Shown piece after piece: positions 22,223-35,368 of a stretch of 64,000 nucleotides of DNA. Location of the stretch: the NCBI RefSeq assembly GCF_009834535.1, contig NC_045697.1, forward strand, positions 6,202,001-6,266,000. Reading direction: 5' to 3'. The stretch comes from Camelus ferus. Its lineage: Eukaryota. Each line of letters begins with the position of its first letter. The first letter of the stretch is position 1. Position numbers and translations under genes: made by a program. Under the pieces are notes generated by a model that saw nothing but the letters and a program-made list of their open reading frames with translations, had not been told where the DNA came from and searched no databases.

Positions 22223-24115
22223 TGAAGCTGTCTTGGTGGGTGGATCCTGCCCTGAAGTAACTGAGTCTGGGTGTCCCAGGGAGGCCTGGATGATCATCTG
22301 TGGCTGGACCTCTGTCTTCCCTGGTGAGACAGTGCACAGAAAGGGCTATGGGAGCCGCGGGGGCTTTCTTGCTCCATGGTACAGACATCCAGGGTACCTG
22401 CAGGTAATGAGAGGTTGGATGTCCCATGCTTTTCCTCTGAAGGTCAGCCTCAAACACAAGCTGCGTGCTCATGCCTGAAGGTGTGTGGTGTGCCTACCTG
22501 ACTGTCCGTGCAGAGTGGGGAAGCTGGGCGCTGCCCGATGGCCTGCCCTCTCTACCCCGGCACTAAATAACCCCTTATTATATAATTTATATAAGGGCAT
22601 CCTTAGAACCCCTGGGCTTGTGCCCCTCATGGAGCCTGGAGAATCTCCCAAGGAGCACCTCTTGCATCTGAGTTCACTCTTCTAGAATAACTCCCGCTTT
22701 TGAAGCGCAGTCCGTGGGCCTGCAGCGCAGGGGGTGCCTGTCCTTGTGCTGACCTGCTCTGGCTGGACGGAGCAGTTGGCCAAGAGATGGGGGAGGGGAA
22801 TGAGCCCCTTCCTCTCCCAGAGGAGAGGAGGCTGGCCTGGCCAGAGGACCAGACCTTGTCTCAAGTGTCCCCTGCTGGTCTCCATTTGGTCGGTAAGTGT
22901 CAGCACTGCTGGAGGCCAGCCTGTGATGCCGCTTTGGGGAGGGGTGGGCCGTAGTGCTGTCAAAGCCACCTGCGGACTCACCAGGTTCCGCAGGGTCCCC
23001 TGTGATAAGCGGCCCGACTTTCTGAACTTCCAGTAGTGTGAATGACGATCGAAGAGTGAAAATCTACATGCAGCTCTGACTTGAGTGCATAAGGACCTGA
23101 CATTAAGCATCATGGTTTTCGTCTGTCACAGATCTTGAAATTTATCACTTCTGCCAGGTGGCAGTGAGTGGATTACTTAAACTGACTTGTTAGGCAATCC
23201 ATTTTGCTGTTCATCTGCTGTGGGTATATTGTATAGTATTCAAAAAAAAAAAAATCACCGAGGCCCTCCTTGGAGAAAGACTGTCAGTTTTGTCAGGGTT
23301 ATGGGCTTTCAAACTAGGCTGTCCTGTACCCTTAATCTCTTACCACTAAGGAATGAACCATAGAAGCCGCTCTATTCCGTCTTGTTACTGCTTGACAAAG
23401 CGAGTTTTAAGATGTCTTATTAGAGCATTTTTCGACATACGCATTACATACTGAGCATAATGTGTATGCAGGGCAGCCTCCTGGACTCCGCAGTTTGTTC
23501 TTGATCAAATGCTCTCCATGTCTCACCTGAGGCAGTTACGACCGTTGGGCGAATTAGAGGTGATCATGGGATGCTGACTGTGACAAGCAGATGGCCCATG
23601 TCACTCACTGCTGTCCCCGGACCACTTCACCTGCAGATCTGCGAGAGGACTTCTCCCAAGTCCTGCTTAGCTTTGGTGTGGCTGGGTGCCTTCATGGTTA
23701 AGAGAATGCCCCCATGGGACTCTCCAGAGATGGGACTGTCTCGTCCTAGCACGTCTTGCTGCCTGTGCACAGCATCTCTGGCTCATCCAGCTACTCTGAG
23801 ATGGATGTGGTTGGGAGCTCCTTAGGGGTGTGTGTTCTGGTGCCCTCTGGCCGGAAGGTCATGTAGTGAGCCAAGCCAGGGCTGGCTGAGCCCTGAGGCT
23901 GATTTAGGGTCAGTGGAGAGGATGCAGTTGGAGAAAAGATGTACCCAGGCCTACTCCTGAGATACTGAGTAGGTTTTCAGGGTATTCCAAGATTGGCCTT
24001 GTCTCCATTAAGGTCTGATGATCTTGAGCACAGGCTTCCTAGGGTGGGCTTGGGAGACCAGAGTGTTAAGCTTCCAGGGGTTTCTCATCTCCATGTCTGC
24101 TGTTGTGATGCCCCA

Positions 24116-24134
24116 GGGCCACCAGGTGGTGCTA
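24116..24134 (+). promoter_or_regulatory. Candidate CTCF site
   Basis: GGGCCACCAGGTGGTGCTA vs consensus TGGCCACCAGGGGGCGCTA. Confidence 0.45.
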
Positions 24135-24459
24135 GAGGACTCCCCTGGTCCAGCTGCCAGGAGGGCAACTAGGGACTCAAGGATGGGATTAAGGATGTCG
24201 TTGGGGCGTCGTTCCTCTGCCGGACCATCTCTGCTCTTGCTCTTTTCCTGCAGAGGATTCCTGGTCCTGTGTGAATCACCTCTCCATATACTAAACTCAC
24301 CTACCTTTTGAGAGATAATTACTCGCCTGCTGGAGAGCATGGGATCTGACTCTCTCAGGCCCAGGCTGTGTGCCATGCAGGGCAACTCACCTTATCACAA
24401 AATCCTGTGCGTTGTGAACACCTTGTAATGTTACGCATGTGGCCGCAGGCATAAACTCT

Positions 24460-24975
24460 TTTTTTAACACCTTTATTGTGGTATGGTACCAACTACACAT
24501 ATTTCAGATGTACAATTTGAATTTTGATCGATGTGTACACCCATGAAACCACCACAACCAAGACAACATTTCCATCATTCCCCAGGAGGTGCAAACTTCA
24601 AACTCCCAATTTATCCCTTCCTACCCCTTTTACCCCTGGTAATCAGAAGTTCTCTCTGTGAGTCTGTTTGTTTTGTAAATAAGTTCATTTGTTCATTTTA
24701 GATTCCGCATGTAAGAGATATCACGTGGCATTTTTCTTTTTCTGGCTTACTTCACTTAGAAGGATGATCTCCAGATCCATCCATGTTGCTGCAAGTGGCA
24801 TTTTATTTTTTATGGTTGAGTAGTATTCCATTGTGTATATATACCATATTGTATATATATCCAGCCCTCTGTCAATGGACATTTGGGTTGTTTCCTTGTC
24901 TTGGCTATTGTAAATAGTGCTGCTGGGAACACTGGGGTGCATATGTCCCTTTGAATTATATTTTTCTCTGGATAT
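24460..24975 (-). mobile_element. L1 3' end (older fragment joined to a younger lineage-type fragment)
   Basis: aactcccaatttatcccttcc...ttacttcacttagaaggatgatctccagatccatccatgttgctgc. ORF-track peptides resemble the L1 ORF2 C-terminus (DICTPVFPAALFTIAK, ATWMDLEIILLSEVSQ). Confidence 0.85.
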
Positions 24976-26224
24976 AAGGTATAAACTTTTGTTTCTGAGA
25001 AATTCTTAAAATAGTCATGTAAAACCAAAAGCTTCACTTTGGAACCACAGTTTTAAAATTGAACTTAAAATTGCAAAGGCAACAAACTATTACATGATAA
25101 GCAACTAAGCATGTCTACAAATTCAAAAAGCCTAAGGTGACAAACCTTAATCTAGGAGGTTATCAGTTACCATGTTTTAATTTGAGTCTAAATCTTTGAT
25201 TTTTGAGTATTCAAGGAACAAAATTTGGACTTTATGACTAAAACATAGACATTCAGCAAGTTGTAGTGACCTTAGCAATGTCTAAAGTTTTACTGAAATG
25301 TATTTTACACATATGGAACACTGGAAACATACCCAAGAGCCCACAGCTACATTTCAGTTGCTAGGTTTTTAGGAGGATCTGGAAGTCTTTATTCAGACTT
25401 CTATACTGTTGAGCTAAATTTCTTAAGCTTATGGTCCAACTTGCCACTCAACTGCTTTTTCTAGAAGGAGGATTTCTGTTGACACTAGGAGTAGCACCCA
25501 GCACCAGACGTCCAGGTCGAGTCTTCATAGGCCAGGCCTCGCTAAAAATCTGAAGGACAAAGAGTGTTTGGGACTATTTCAAGAATCTAGCAAACAACCT
25601 TGATCTGGTGTCTGTTTCACCAATAGCCTCAGGGCACTCCAAGTATATTATCAGCAGAGCTGTAAGGACAGAATCGGTTGCCTTGACCTACTAAAGGGAC
25701 ATGCAAGGACAAGCAGAAAAAAGGGTTCAAATAGGATCTTTACAAAAGGTTAAATTGTTCTTCTGTGATTAATGTTGTCTGCCTTAGCTCTAAGAATGAT
25801 AACATTCTCCTTTCATACTCAGCTTAGCTCTCTGATCTGGAGACAGAACGTGGATTCTGTCTTTTTTTTTTTTTTTTTTTTTCTCTGCACTAATTGGGAA
25901 ACTGCTGATTCACTGAGATACAGACTTTCAGAGGGGAGCCTCCTGGATCAGACTCAGGGAGGGACGGGAAGGGCTGGGGGACAGGCATGCACAGACCTCT
26001 GCTCAGTGTCAGGGGGTGCAAGGCTGCGTTCTCCATCAGTGTGATCACAACCCTTGTTCCAGTGGCTACCTTCACCAAGAGCCAAACTTCTTCCAGTGAA
26101 GCTGAGATGAGCCTGGAAACACTATTGGGGAGAATGTGGCTGAAACACTGCAGCGTTTTGCGGTGGACTGGAGGAAAGGGGAGGTTGAAGAGCTGGAGAC
26201 CTGCTAGGTCTAAAGAGATGAACA

Positions 26225-27045
26225 ACCTGGGAAATCCAAGATGAAGTTGCCAGTGATGCAGGAAAAAATGGGGCATGTGAGAAGATGGCCATGTCCCAGG
26301 TCTCAAGTCCTTGGGATGCACCCCGCCAAGTGAGGGTCCTTGGGCTTCGAGCAGGAAAGAAATCAAGAGCGAGCCATAGTTGAATAAAAGTAGATTTATT
26401 CAGAAAGGTGTACATTCCACAGAGTGCTGGCCATCTCAGGTGAGAGAGAGCCACCATGAGGTGTGGGGTTAGTTTTTATGGGCTTGGTAACTTCATATGC
26501 TAATGGGTAGGAGGGTAATTCCAACAACTTTGGGGAAGGGGCGGGGATTCCCAGGAATTGGGCCACTGCCCTCTTTGACCTTTCATGGTTAACCTTGGAA
26601 CTGTCATGGCCCCTGTGGGTGTGTCATTCACCATGCTAATACATTACAGTGTGTATAATGAAACTCATAGTCAGCTGGAGGTTGAATATCCTGCCATCTT
26701 GGGCCTCAGACTATTGGGAGTTGATTTTCTGCCATCTTGGTGGTAGCTACTATGTCATTCCTTTAATGGCTGTGTCCTGCCCTCTTTCTCCCTGTCTCAC
26801 CAGGAGATAGATTTCCTGGTGAGAGCTTTCCTCCTGGCTTAAAGATGACCATCTTCTGTTTCATGTGGTAGAAAGCAAGGGCGTGCTGGTCTCCTTCCTC
26901 TTTGGAGGCCACTAATCCCATCATGGGAGACCCACCCATATGACCTCATCTAAACCTAATTACCTCCCAAGGCCTCACCTCCCAGTTCCATCATATTGGG
27001 GGTTGGGCTTCACATGAATCTGGGGGGTCATGTTCACTCCCAACA
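26225..27045 (-). mobile_element. MaLR LTR (MLT1A-like) split by an ERV1 LTR
   Basis: ctgggaaatccaagatgaagttgccag | insertion | ccaggagatagatttcctggtgagagc...tgacctcatctaaacctaattacctcccaagg. Confidence 0.8.
26254..26799 (-). mobile_element. ERV1-class solo LTR with 4-bp TSD
   Basis: CCAG (26250-26253) | TGATG...GTCTCA | CCAG (26800-26803). Minus-strand AATAAA near 26395. Confidence 0.88.
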
Positions 27046-27092
27046 GTGTCACCAGATTTTGGACTCAATCTGACTGTAATCCCATGAATGGA

Positions 27093-27565
27093 CTTCTTAG
27101 TTTAACTTTCCCAGAAAGCAGACCCTGAGACAAGGGATACGGATGAAGGTAGTTCATCTGGTAGGTGGTCCCAGGAAGCATGAGGGAGACTGAGGAAAAT
27201 GGGACTGGGGAAGGAGAAAGTCAAATGGTGTGTTAGCGGGTTTACTGCTATGGGCATCTGGGCCTCAGCCCCTCAGGGGAGCCTGTGATACACTGTACTG
27301 CGTAGTGCACATCTGGTGACACTCCTGTGCAATGGGGTGGCTGAGGCAGTCGCCTGATGACCATCTCTCCCTTGTTGGTTGAGAGCAGGGGTGGGTATCC
27401 TCAAGGGCATTAACTGCAGTTTATGGTCTGTGGCTGAGCAAGCTCCCATGGTACCAAAGAAAGCAGGCAAATATGTGGGCACTTGAGCTGGGGAGGCCAT
27501 GGATGTGCTGGAGATGTCTTCCAAAACTGCTGGTGAACGTGGGTGGGTCGGGGAAAAGCATCACA
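27093..27565 (-). mobile_element. ERVL LTR (LTR16-like)
   Basis: cccagaaagcagaccctgagacaagg...ggtggtcccaggaagca is the antisense LTR16 signature. Confidence 0.7.
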
Positions 27566-27759
27566 TGTCTGATTCTTCTCACCCCTTGGACCTTGTTGAG
27601 TCTGCTGCTACTACTTCATGACGGTTGTGCAGTTGTTTTCTGGGAAGGATACTCTGAGGCTGACTTAAGAATGCAAGAGTATGTAGTATGTTTATCACGT
27701 GTCAAAGGAAGGACTAGGCACAAGTCAGACTGGGATAGAAGATGGACCAAGAACCAGGT

Positions 27760-30050
27760 GGAGAGCACCTGCGGGTATCTTCCATTAGTTGCCCCCACTA
27801 GTCATCCCACACCAGATGGATATGGCCGGGATTTTTACTCCTGGCTCCTTTGGTCCCTGCATGTGTCCTGACAGCTAGCTGGAAGCTCTCTAGCCTACTG
27901 TGCTCCCTACCAAGCAACGTGTCCTTCCTTAAAGGGAGATCTCTGTGGTGCATTTTTTTTTTTTTTTTGAAACACTCCATCTCTGCAGTTCTTCAGTCTG
28001 GTGCTTTAGCTGCACATTTAAGAAGTCATTTCAATGACCAGTTGATCTGACAGCTTCTGGATGATACAGGAGAAAATCAAGGTTCCTGTGATCATGTGTC
28101 CATTGTTTATCCTCGTCACTGAAATGGATCACTTGCTCCAGGTGACTTACATGGGCTTCCATGCAGTAACTTAGGTATCCTGGAAGCCCTCACTGTTGCT
28201 CACACAGGCACTGTGCATGGAAGTGCCTGGGCATGGAAGGTGGATTCAAATCCAGAATAGTTACCACGGTGGGACGGATGCTTCCTTTGGGATGGAGGGG
28301 TCAGATGTAATCACCTTGCCAACAAGAGGCTGGAGGATGCCCTGTGGAGGGCTTAGCACCTGTGTCTGCTGACCACCAACTTTAAAACAATGGCAGTAGC
28401 TAGATTGGCTTTGAGAGGGAGCCATGATGTTGGACCAACAGAATGGTAGGCCCTTTTCTGCAAGTGCTTGGGTGGCTGAGCACGGAAGCTGGCTGACTTC
28501 TGGAGAAGCTATCCTATCCACTTGCTGAGGGCATCTTCTATGATGATCTGGTAGGCACTGTCTTGTGATCTGGAAAAACAAAACAAAACACAAAAACTTA
28601 GGCTTTGTGCCTTTTCCCATAGGTCTTTCTACATGCCTCTTCCCTAGACCTCCTTGTTTCTAATCTTCTAGTCTTGCTGCTTCCAGGACTGACAGCCAGC
28701 CAGCCCATTTGCTAATACATGTGATTCTGAATATCCATCTTAGACCCCATTTCATGTCATATGAGAAATGACCGAGTGTACTGACTGAACTTATGCCTGT
28801 GGGGAGAATTTTCCCTCCGTGTTCCTTAGGGTATCCTCTAAGGAGTCCATGGTGCAGCAGTGCATTAACAATTCATTGTTATATATGGAACAAATCCATC
28901 TGTGAACCAGGGCTCGAATTTCCCCTCCTTGACACAGAGATTTTGCCATGGGGCCACAGGTGTAAGCTGAGACGTAGAGGTGTGACAGAGGTAGGGGATG
29001 ATGGGGGTGTGGAGTTAATTCTCATAATTTAAATGCAACCTTAGATTTGTTTGGGACTCACAACAAATATATTATCTACATAAAACTGATAGTGCCTATG
29101 TGACCTTATGCCTTTGAGCCTTATGTCATCTGGCTCATAATGGGAAGTTCTAAACCCATACTTGATGTTTCATGGCTAGAAATTCAGTCTATAAGGTCTT
29201 AGTAATGTGCTTGGAGCTGATCTCCAAGTTAAGGTTTTCTTTTCTTTTCTTTTCTTTTCTAACAGGCAAATGTATGAACTTTGAAATCTTAGGGGTCTGA
29301 TGTTAACTTCCACATTGTGGCTATAGGTGTGTTCCAGAATACTTGGTACTTGTGATTTCCAGGTCTAACCATATAATGACAACGATAAGGTAGACCAAAA
29401 ATATCTTCTGTGCAGAGTAGGTGTTGCCCTAAGTGACTTGTGTAGTAGAAGAAAAAATGCAGCTGTGTTTAGAGTTCCTTCATGCCAAATTCGTGGAGAG
29501 CTCGGGGCAGGTGTTGGTTCTAAGTTTGGCTCCTTTAAAGCATGTCCCGTTCCTATTTTTAGGCATCTGAAGATACAGGTCAGTTGGAGATACCGATGAA
29601 ACTGTCATGGTGGATGTCACCTAACTACTAAGTCCCTGGCTTGAACATTTTGCCATAGTCCAGTAATCCTTGGGAATCTGATCTTGTGGGAACCATGGGC
29701 ACTTGGTACATGTAAAGAATAAATCCATTAACTGAGTGAGTTTGCCTTGCTCACCTGAGAGAACCTGGAATGTCCAGCTATCTAGATCTATTTTGGCTTC
29801 TACCCAGGTACCATGAGATACCCTGACTGCTGCAGTTTGACTTCAGTTATTCAGAATATTCTTACTTTATCCAGGTAACAGTCATCTGTGGGAACTAGGG
29901 CTTCTTCCTTCAGAGGACGAAATTTCTAGTTCACTTAGTGGAGTTCCAGCAAATACTGGCATTCTCTGTAAGGTTCATGACTTAAACACCAGTTCATTTC
30001 TATGTATACAAACAGACCCAGGCTCTGTCCTGTAGACAGAACATGAGACC
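27760..30050 (-). mobile_element. Degenerate ERVL/MaLR-type internal sequence
   Basis: Sits between ERVL-type LTRs and has internal-like text. No intact motif could be read; call by resemblance only. Confidence 0.35.
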
Positions 30051-30059
30051 ACTGCTTCC

Positions 30060-30500
30060 TAACTGGCTTTTTTCCTGTCTAAATGGTCTGTGCACTGGAA
30101 GTGGGGTGTTAAAAGTCCCCTACTATTGTCAGCTCCTCCCTTTGTGCTCCTGTGTGAGGTGCATGTAGGTTAATGAGTGTTATATCCTCTTGTATTGCTA
30201 TCTTTATTATATGATGCCCTTCTTTACCTTTCTCACTATATAATGCCCTTTTGTCTGTTAGACTTTGTTCTAAAGTCTGTTTTGTCTGAGTATTGCTGCC
30301 CCCGCTTCCTTGTCACTTCCATCTGCGTGATCTTCTCCCATCTCCTCACTTTCAGTCTGTCTTTAGCTCTGGAGTCTCTTGTAAGCAGGATACAGATGGG
30401 TCTTGTTTTTATCCAATCAGCCACCCCATGTCTTTCGATTGGAGCATTTAGTCCATTGATATTTAAAGTGATTATCAATAGGTCTATACTTCCATTCATA
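30060..30500 (-). mobile_element. L1 ORF2 endonuclease N-terminal fragment
   Basis: Peptide IITLNINGLNAPIERHGVADWIK...DRLKVRRWEKI...SDKTDFRTK (ORF 30236..30550). Confidence 0.88.
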
Positions 30501-31318
30501 GAAAAAATACAGCGGAGTGGCACATGCTGTAATGACTGGAGTTGGCACAAAGAGACACTTGAGATCTTGGATCACAGGTTGTTGAATTTTTCTCCTGGGA
30601 TTTCCGAGCAGGGAGCTGCTTTGTGACTCCTTGGCTCCTCCCTCCTTTAAGCTCTCTAGGAAGTAACTTGGTGAGGGACCTTAAGATCCACTCCCAGTTG
30701 GTGATGCACAGGCCCTGGTGTGAAGGTGAAGCTTTTGTCATTCTAATGAGCATGTTGGAGAACAGAAGAGGGATACCTCAGTCCCATAGGCTTAGTGGTG
30801 GTTGCTGGGTGCCTTATTGTCGTCCTCAAATGACCAAGAAAGTTCTGGAGTGTTCTCTGTCAGAATTGTCCAGTAAATAATGGCTCTCTGCCTCCCTCTC
30901 TCCTTTATTCCTTCTCTATCTGCCAGAGTTGGAGAAAGAATGCCATGTCAACAGAGAATTTTTTCCCCAATTCCCCAAGCATTCCTGGATCCTCAAGGAA
31001 AAGCACTTGATAATAGGAAAAAAAAAGAACCGTTAATTGTTATAATGTGTTTTAGGCTTACTGGACAGATCAAAGAGCCCCAATCCTGTGATGTGAAGTG
31101 AGACTGGGTGTCTGCTAGGGAAAGCTGTGGGTGGTCCCAAGAATTTTCTCAGTTTATGTATTACAAGCTGAGCAAAATCTGTAGTTCCATATAACTGTAT
31201 CATCTCTGCACTAGTAAACCCAGGGAACTGAGGATAGTTTACGTACTCATCAAGGAACGAAAATTTCATTTCCTGTGTCACTTACAAATTTGAAGATAAA
31301 AGCATATGAAAAGTTAAG

Positions 31319-31705
31319 TGTCTGAGTTTGGCTTCCCTAGAAAAGCAGACTCCTTGAGATAATTTACATGCATTTGGTTTATAGGAAGTGTACTTGGGAA
31401 CACTGGAAAAGAAGTCAAGACAGCAAGATAGGACAGAGAGAGAAGCTGAACTGTAATCAATGCAAGTTTTGACCAGCTTCATGAGGAGCTCTGGAGCCAG
31501 AGTGGCCCTCTAGAGTTGTCCTAAACTGAGCAACATGGATGGACCTCTGGTTACTTCAGACCAGCCAGTGAATGTGGCCTCCCCCAGGGAAGGCGCATAG
31601 CCTTGGGTGAGGCAGTTCTCATTGGAGTGAGGGCCATGCCCTGAGGGGGATGAGCATCTTGGCGTTTTCAGTGCAGGGATTATCAGTGGTGTCGCACAGC
31701 ACACA
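31319..31705 (-). mobile_element. ERVL LTR (LTR33-like)
   Basis: gagagagaagctgaactgtaat...ggagctctggagccagagtggccctctagagttgtcc...ccttgggtgaggcagttctc. Confidence 0.7.
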
Positions 31706-31709
31706 TCAT

Positions 31710-34700
31710 CAGGACGGATGTGTATCATGCGCCCATCTGGAAACAAGTAGATCTCATCCTGGGGTTCCCTTGTCAAACCTCATCCTAATGACGTTTCCTT
31801 TTGCATCCTGCTAGGCCTGTGAGTTTCAATTTTGGGGCCGCAGTTCTTTCAAAGAAAGTTTAGGGGATGAACTACAGGGTTGGATGCAAAGCTTCTGGAT
31901 TGATCTCTGTTTTGGTGCTTCTTAGAGAGATTGACATAAGAAGCAGCCAGAAGCAATGGAAATGGTTGTACTGAAAATGCTGTGGAGGGCCTGTGAGTGG
32001 TTTTGGGTCCTTTATCCCATTTCTAGAGAGGCCTCCCCCTCAATCTTTTCTGCTAGGGTCCAAGTTTTTATCTGGGGACTCTAGTTATGTGAAGCCCCTT
32101 TCCCATTGCCATATACTCAGCAATTACATCAAATGAACAGGGTGGCTCAACCAAATCCCTGGAATACACCCCTGCTACCATAAATGTCACTTCCTCCCTG
32201 GGGACCATCACACTAGCTAGTGGTCAACTCTCAGTGAGACGTTTACTCTGCTTACTTCATGTTTTCCAGAAGAAGAATCGCCCAGAACTTCTGTCTTAAC
32301 CATAAATAGCTTGAAGAAGTATAGTTTCTTGGACACTTACCTACCTTTACTTAGTATCAGGGAAGTCAGGTAGTTTGGGAGACTGCTGGCATGACTGGGA
32401 AGTCAGAGCATGCCCTCACCCCAAAATCATCAATGCTGAAGATCTGCTTTTGCCCTTAAGCTCAGGAGCCTTCAGCCGTGAATCTGGGTATGAGGATGGA
32501 CCTGTTTCTAACTAAGCTTTCTCTGTAGAGATGTAACCACAACTTGGTTCTCATTGTCCTTGTGAATGTCGGGGGTTGCTGTGCTTGGTGTTGTAGAGTT
32601 TTCGTTAGGTCTCCTGGTGCTGGCCCAGAGGTAAACATCTGTTCTGTGCTCTGGCTGGAAGCAGTAGGCCAGTGTGGCTGATGGGAGAGGTAGAGTGGTG
32701 ACTGGGTTTCATCAGCAGATGTTACTTGGAAGAGTAGGTTATGGATCCAACTGAGATCCAGGCTATTTGACCACAATGCATCTTCATGATAAAGCTTGGA
32801 GATGTCCTGTGATTGCCAGGAGGACTTTACCAGGGTGAAGGGTACCTTTTGATAATGTTGTAGTTCCTTTTCCATTTCTTGCTCAAATATTTGTTGACTG
32901 AAAAGAAAAAAGGCATCTCCGTACAGCTCTGTTCTAGGTGTTTGTGATACTCAAGATAGAAGAAAGTTTTTCCTTATTCCTCAAGAGGGGCCCCTGAAAT
33001 CAGACATTTGGGTCTGTTCAAGTTTTACCCCAGAACAACCTCCTACAGAGCTCAGAGGTTGTCTGCTAAGGGTGGACTCTCTCCTTCCACGTTAGTCTGT
33101 GCTGCATTGTGCATGCCTCCTGCTCTCCATTCAACCCAAGTTGAACACTGTCTGACCCTCTTGTAAGTCTGTTCCTTGAAAGTCCATGGCCAAGGCTGTT
33201 TTAGGGAACCTCAGAAGACGTGGGCTGAGGTGGGCTGAGTCAACATGGAACAGATGAAATCCAGGGGTGTGATATGTGATCAAAGAATTGCGTGACCATT
33301 AGGGGATCTAGAACACATTGCTAGGGACAAACCTGGAGCTAGCATCAAGGGTAAATTGCCTTGGGCTGAGGGCCTTAGGCAAGGACTGATAATCTGGTTC
33401 ACCATACACTGGAGCCTGGCCTGCCCATGGTGGCCTTACTGTGAAAAGTAAGTCAAGCAGATTTTCACTGACAGATATGCTAGTGTTCATGGTCATGGGT
33501 ACCAGTGTCCAGAACAATGGAACATAGACCTGGGTGCCCCTTCATGGAAGAAAAGGGATCATACCCTTAGACCCTTAGGAAATGTTTCATAAAATGAGTT
33601 ACTGGTCAGTCCACAGATCTGTATCATCCTAGAGCAGTAAGTGATTGATGCCACATACTCACCCTGAGGTTTCAAAAGTGCCCTGGACCTGGCTCTTGAA
33701 GGGCTCGTCGCAAGTACATACATTTGATGTATCATTGTTGTGCTTGGTGAGCAGACATCTTTCTGGGACGACTTGGTGGCATTTGATCAAGATTGTCATC
33801 ACAATGACAATCTTCTTTATGGCCCTTCTTGTATCTTAGTTGTGTGCTTAGTCACCCTTGGAAGGCACAGTGATCCAGTGACTAGAAAGTGTCATGTGAT
33901 TTGACAAATGGATTGTGTAGTCCCCTTGTTGTGTCTTTAACTCTTTAGTTGGAAGATGTGTTGCTCCTTGAAGGATTGTTTTAGTCCCCCTCCTAAGTCG
34001 CAACCTATGGTCTGATTCCAAGAGCCCCCTCATGGGAAACAAGGACTTGCTGTAGGACTGCTGTGTGTACTTTCCATCCTTGGAGGGTCTCTGTTCACCT
34101 GATACTTCATGCTTCATCTATATCTTCCTCTTTTTCATTCAATCCAAAAAATAGTCACGTGGGCAGACAAGGAGCCCTGGGGTGTTTGGGATCCTTGGCC
34201 CAAAAACTTCCCCCTGGACCTTTGTTTTTCTGAAGGGAAAGTCATCTAGTCAGGTTGAACTTTGACCTCTAATCATCGCCGTATGATGGACTTAATTTTC
34301 TTAACTTTCTCAGGTCAGGGACTTGGCTGTTGGCAGCTGTAAGGTCATGTTCTTTAAGCTTCAGAACATAAGTATCTATGAAATTTATTAGACATGGAAA
34401 GGACACTTTTAACCTGATTCTGTATAGGTGGGTCATCTGTGCCAAGGATCTGGTAACCTCTGACCAGTGAAGTTTCATTAGAAGTACCTCCAGCTGTTGA
34501 ATGCAGCTCTCTGTAGCGTTAAGATGCCATTGATACATAGGCCACAGGGATTTATCCCATTGAAGTGTCAGGACCCAATGTTTTCTTAATGTTATCCTGT
34601 ACGAAGAAATAGAACTCCTGGTTGTCAATTGCCATAGAGGCTAAGATCTCTATTTCATGGATGCCTTGGTCTACTGAAGCCTATTCTGAGTCCACACCTG

Positions 34701-35100
34701 TGGGGCTCTTTTCTGTATTGGTCTGCTGCTTTGTGGAAAGAATGCAGACAGTGGAGACGAAACTTAGCAAAGGGCACCTGGGCAGGACCACAGAGTCATG
34801 GAGTTTAAGCCCTGTGCCCAACATACCAGATAGGGCCTCCAGTGCAAAGAATGATAGGCAGGTTGGTCTCCAGTCATAGCTTTCAAGATATCAATGTAGC
34901 AACTGTATTCAGTGTCCCCAGAGGGGAACAGCAGTGCTCAACTGTTACCTTCACTGTCTTTGTACAAGCCTTTAGGGCAGCAGTGCATGGCAGAGGGGAG
35001 TGGTCTTAGGAAAACGTTGAAGAGATAGGTGGAAGGTGACTCATCTCATCTCTGAAGAACAAGATTTCACCACCAAGGTGGGACTTTATTTTTGTGTGCA
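31710..35100 (-). mobile_element. Highly decayed LTR-retroelement internal region (ERVL- or Gypsy-like)
   Basis: Adjacent to the LTR33-like element and reads like decayed coding sequence, but no diagnostic motif was recovered. Confidence 0.3.
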
Positions 35101-35204
35101 TCTCGAGTTAAAGGGTCTTAGAACTCTTGAAGGTTTTGCCCGTGCTGGGCAATGTCCAAAGACTTCATTTTATCTGAACTTGGTCTCAAAGCAGCCAGCT
35201 AGGT

Positions 35205-35368
35205 CAGGACTTTCTAACCTCATTCTTATGGATGTCTCTGGCTGGATGAGTCTCCATTGTCGGGGGCTGTCCCGTGCACTGTAGGATGTTGAACAGCATT
35301 TGTCTACTGTGACAAATGTCTCGACACAGCTATACTTGGGAGCAAAATGTCTCCTGGCTGAATCAATG
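35205..35368 (-). mobile_element. MER20-like hAT DNA transposon
   Basis: gggggctgtcccgtgcactgtaggatgttgaacagcat...gggagcaaaatgtctcctggctgaatcaatg. Confidence 0.7.

Noticed and set aside
23042..23100. C/D snoRNA-like pattern (ATGACGA ... CTGA ... CTGA)
   Set aside because: Imperfect C box, weak terminal stem, no convincing rRNA/snRNA complementarity recognised, and no known host intron.
30177..30626. 149-aa hydrophobic plus-strand ORF
   Set aside because: Antisense reading of the L1 endonuclease fragment.
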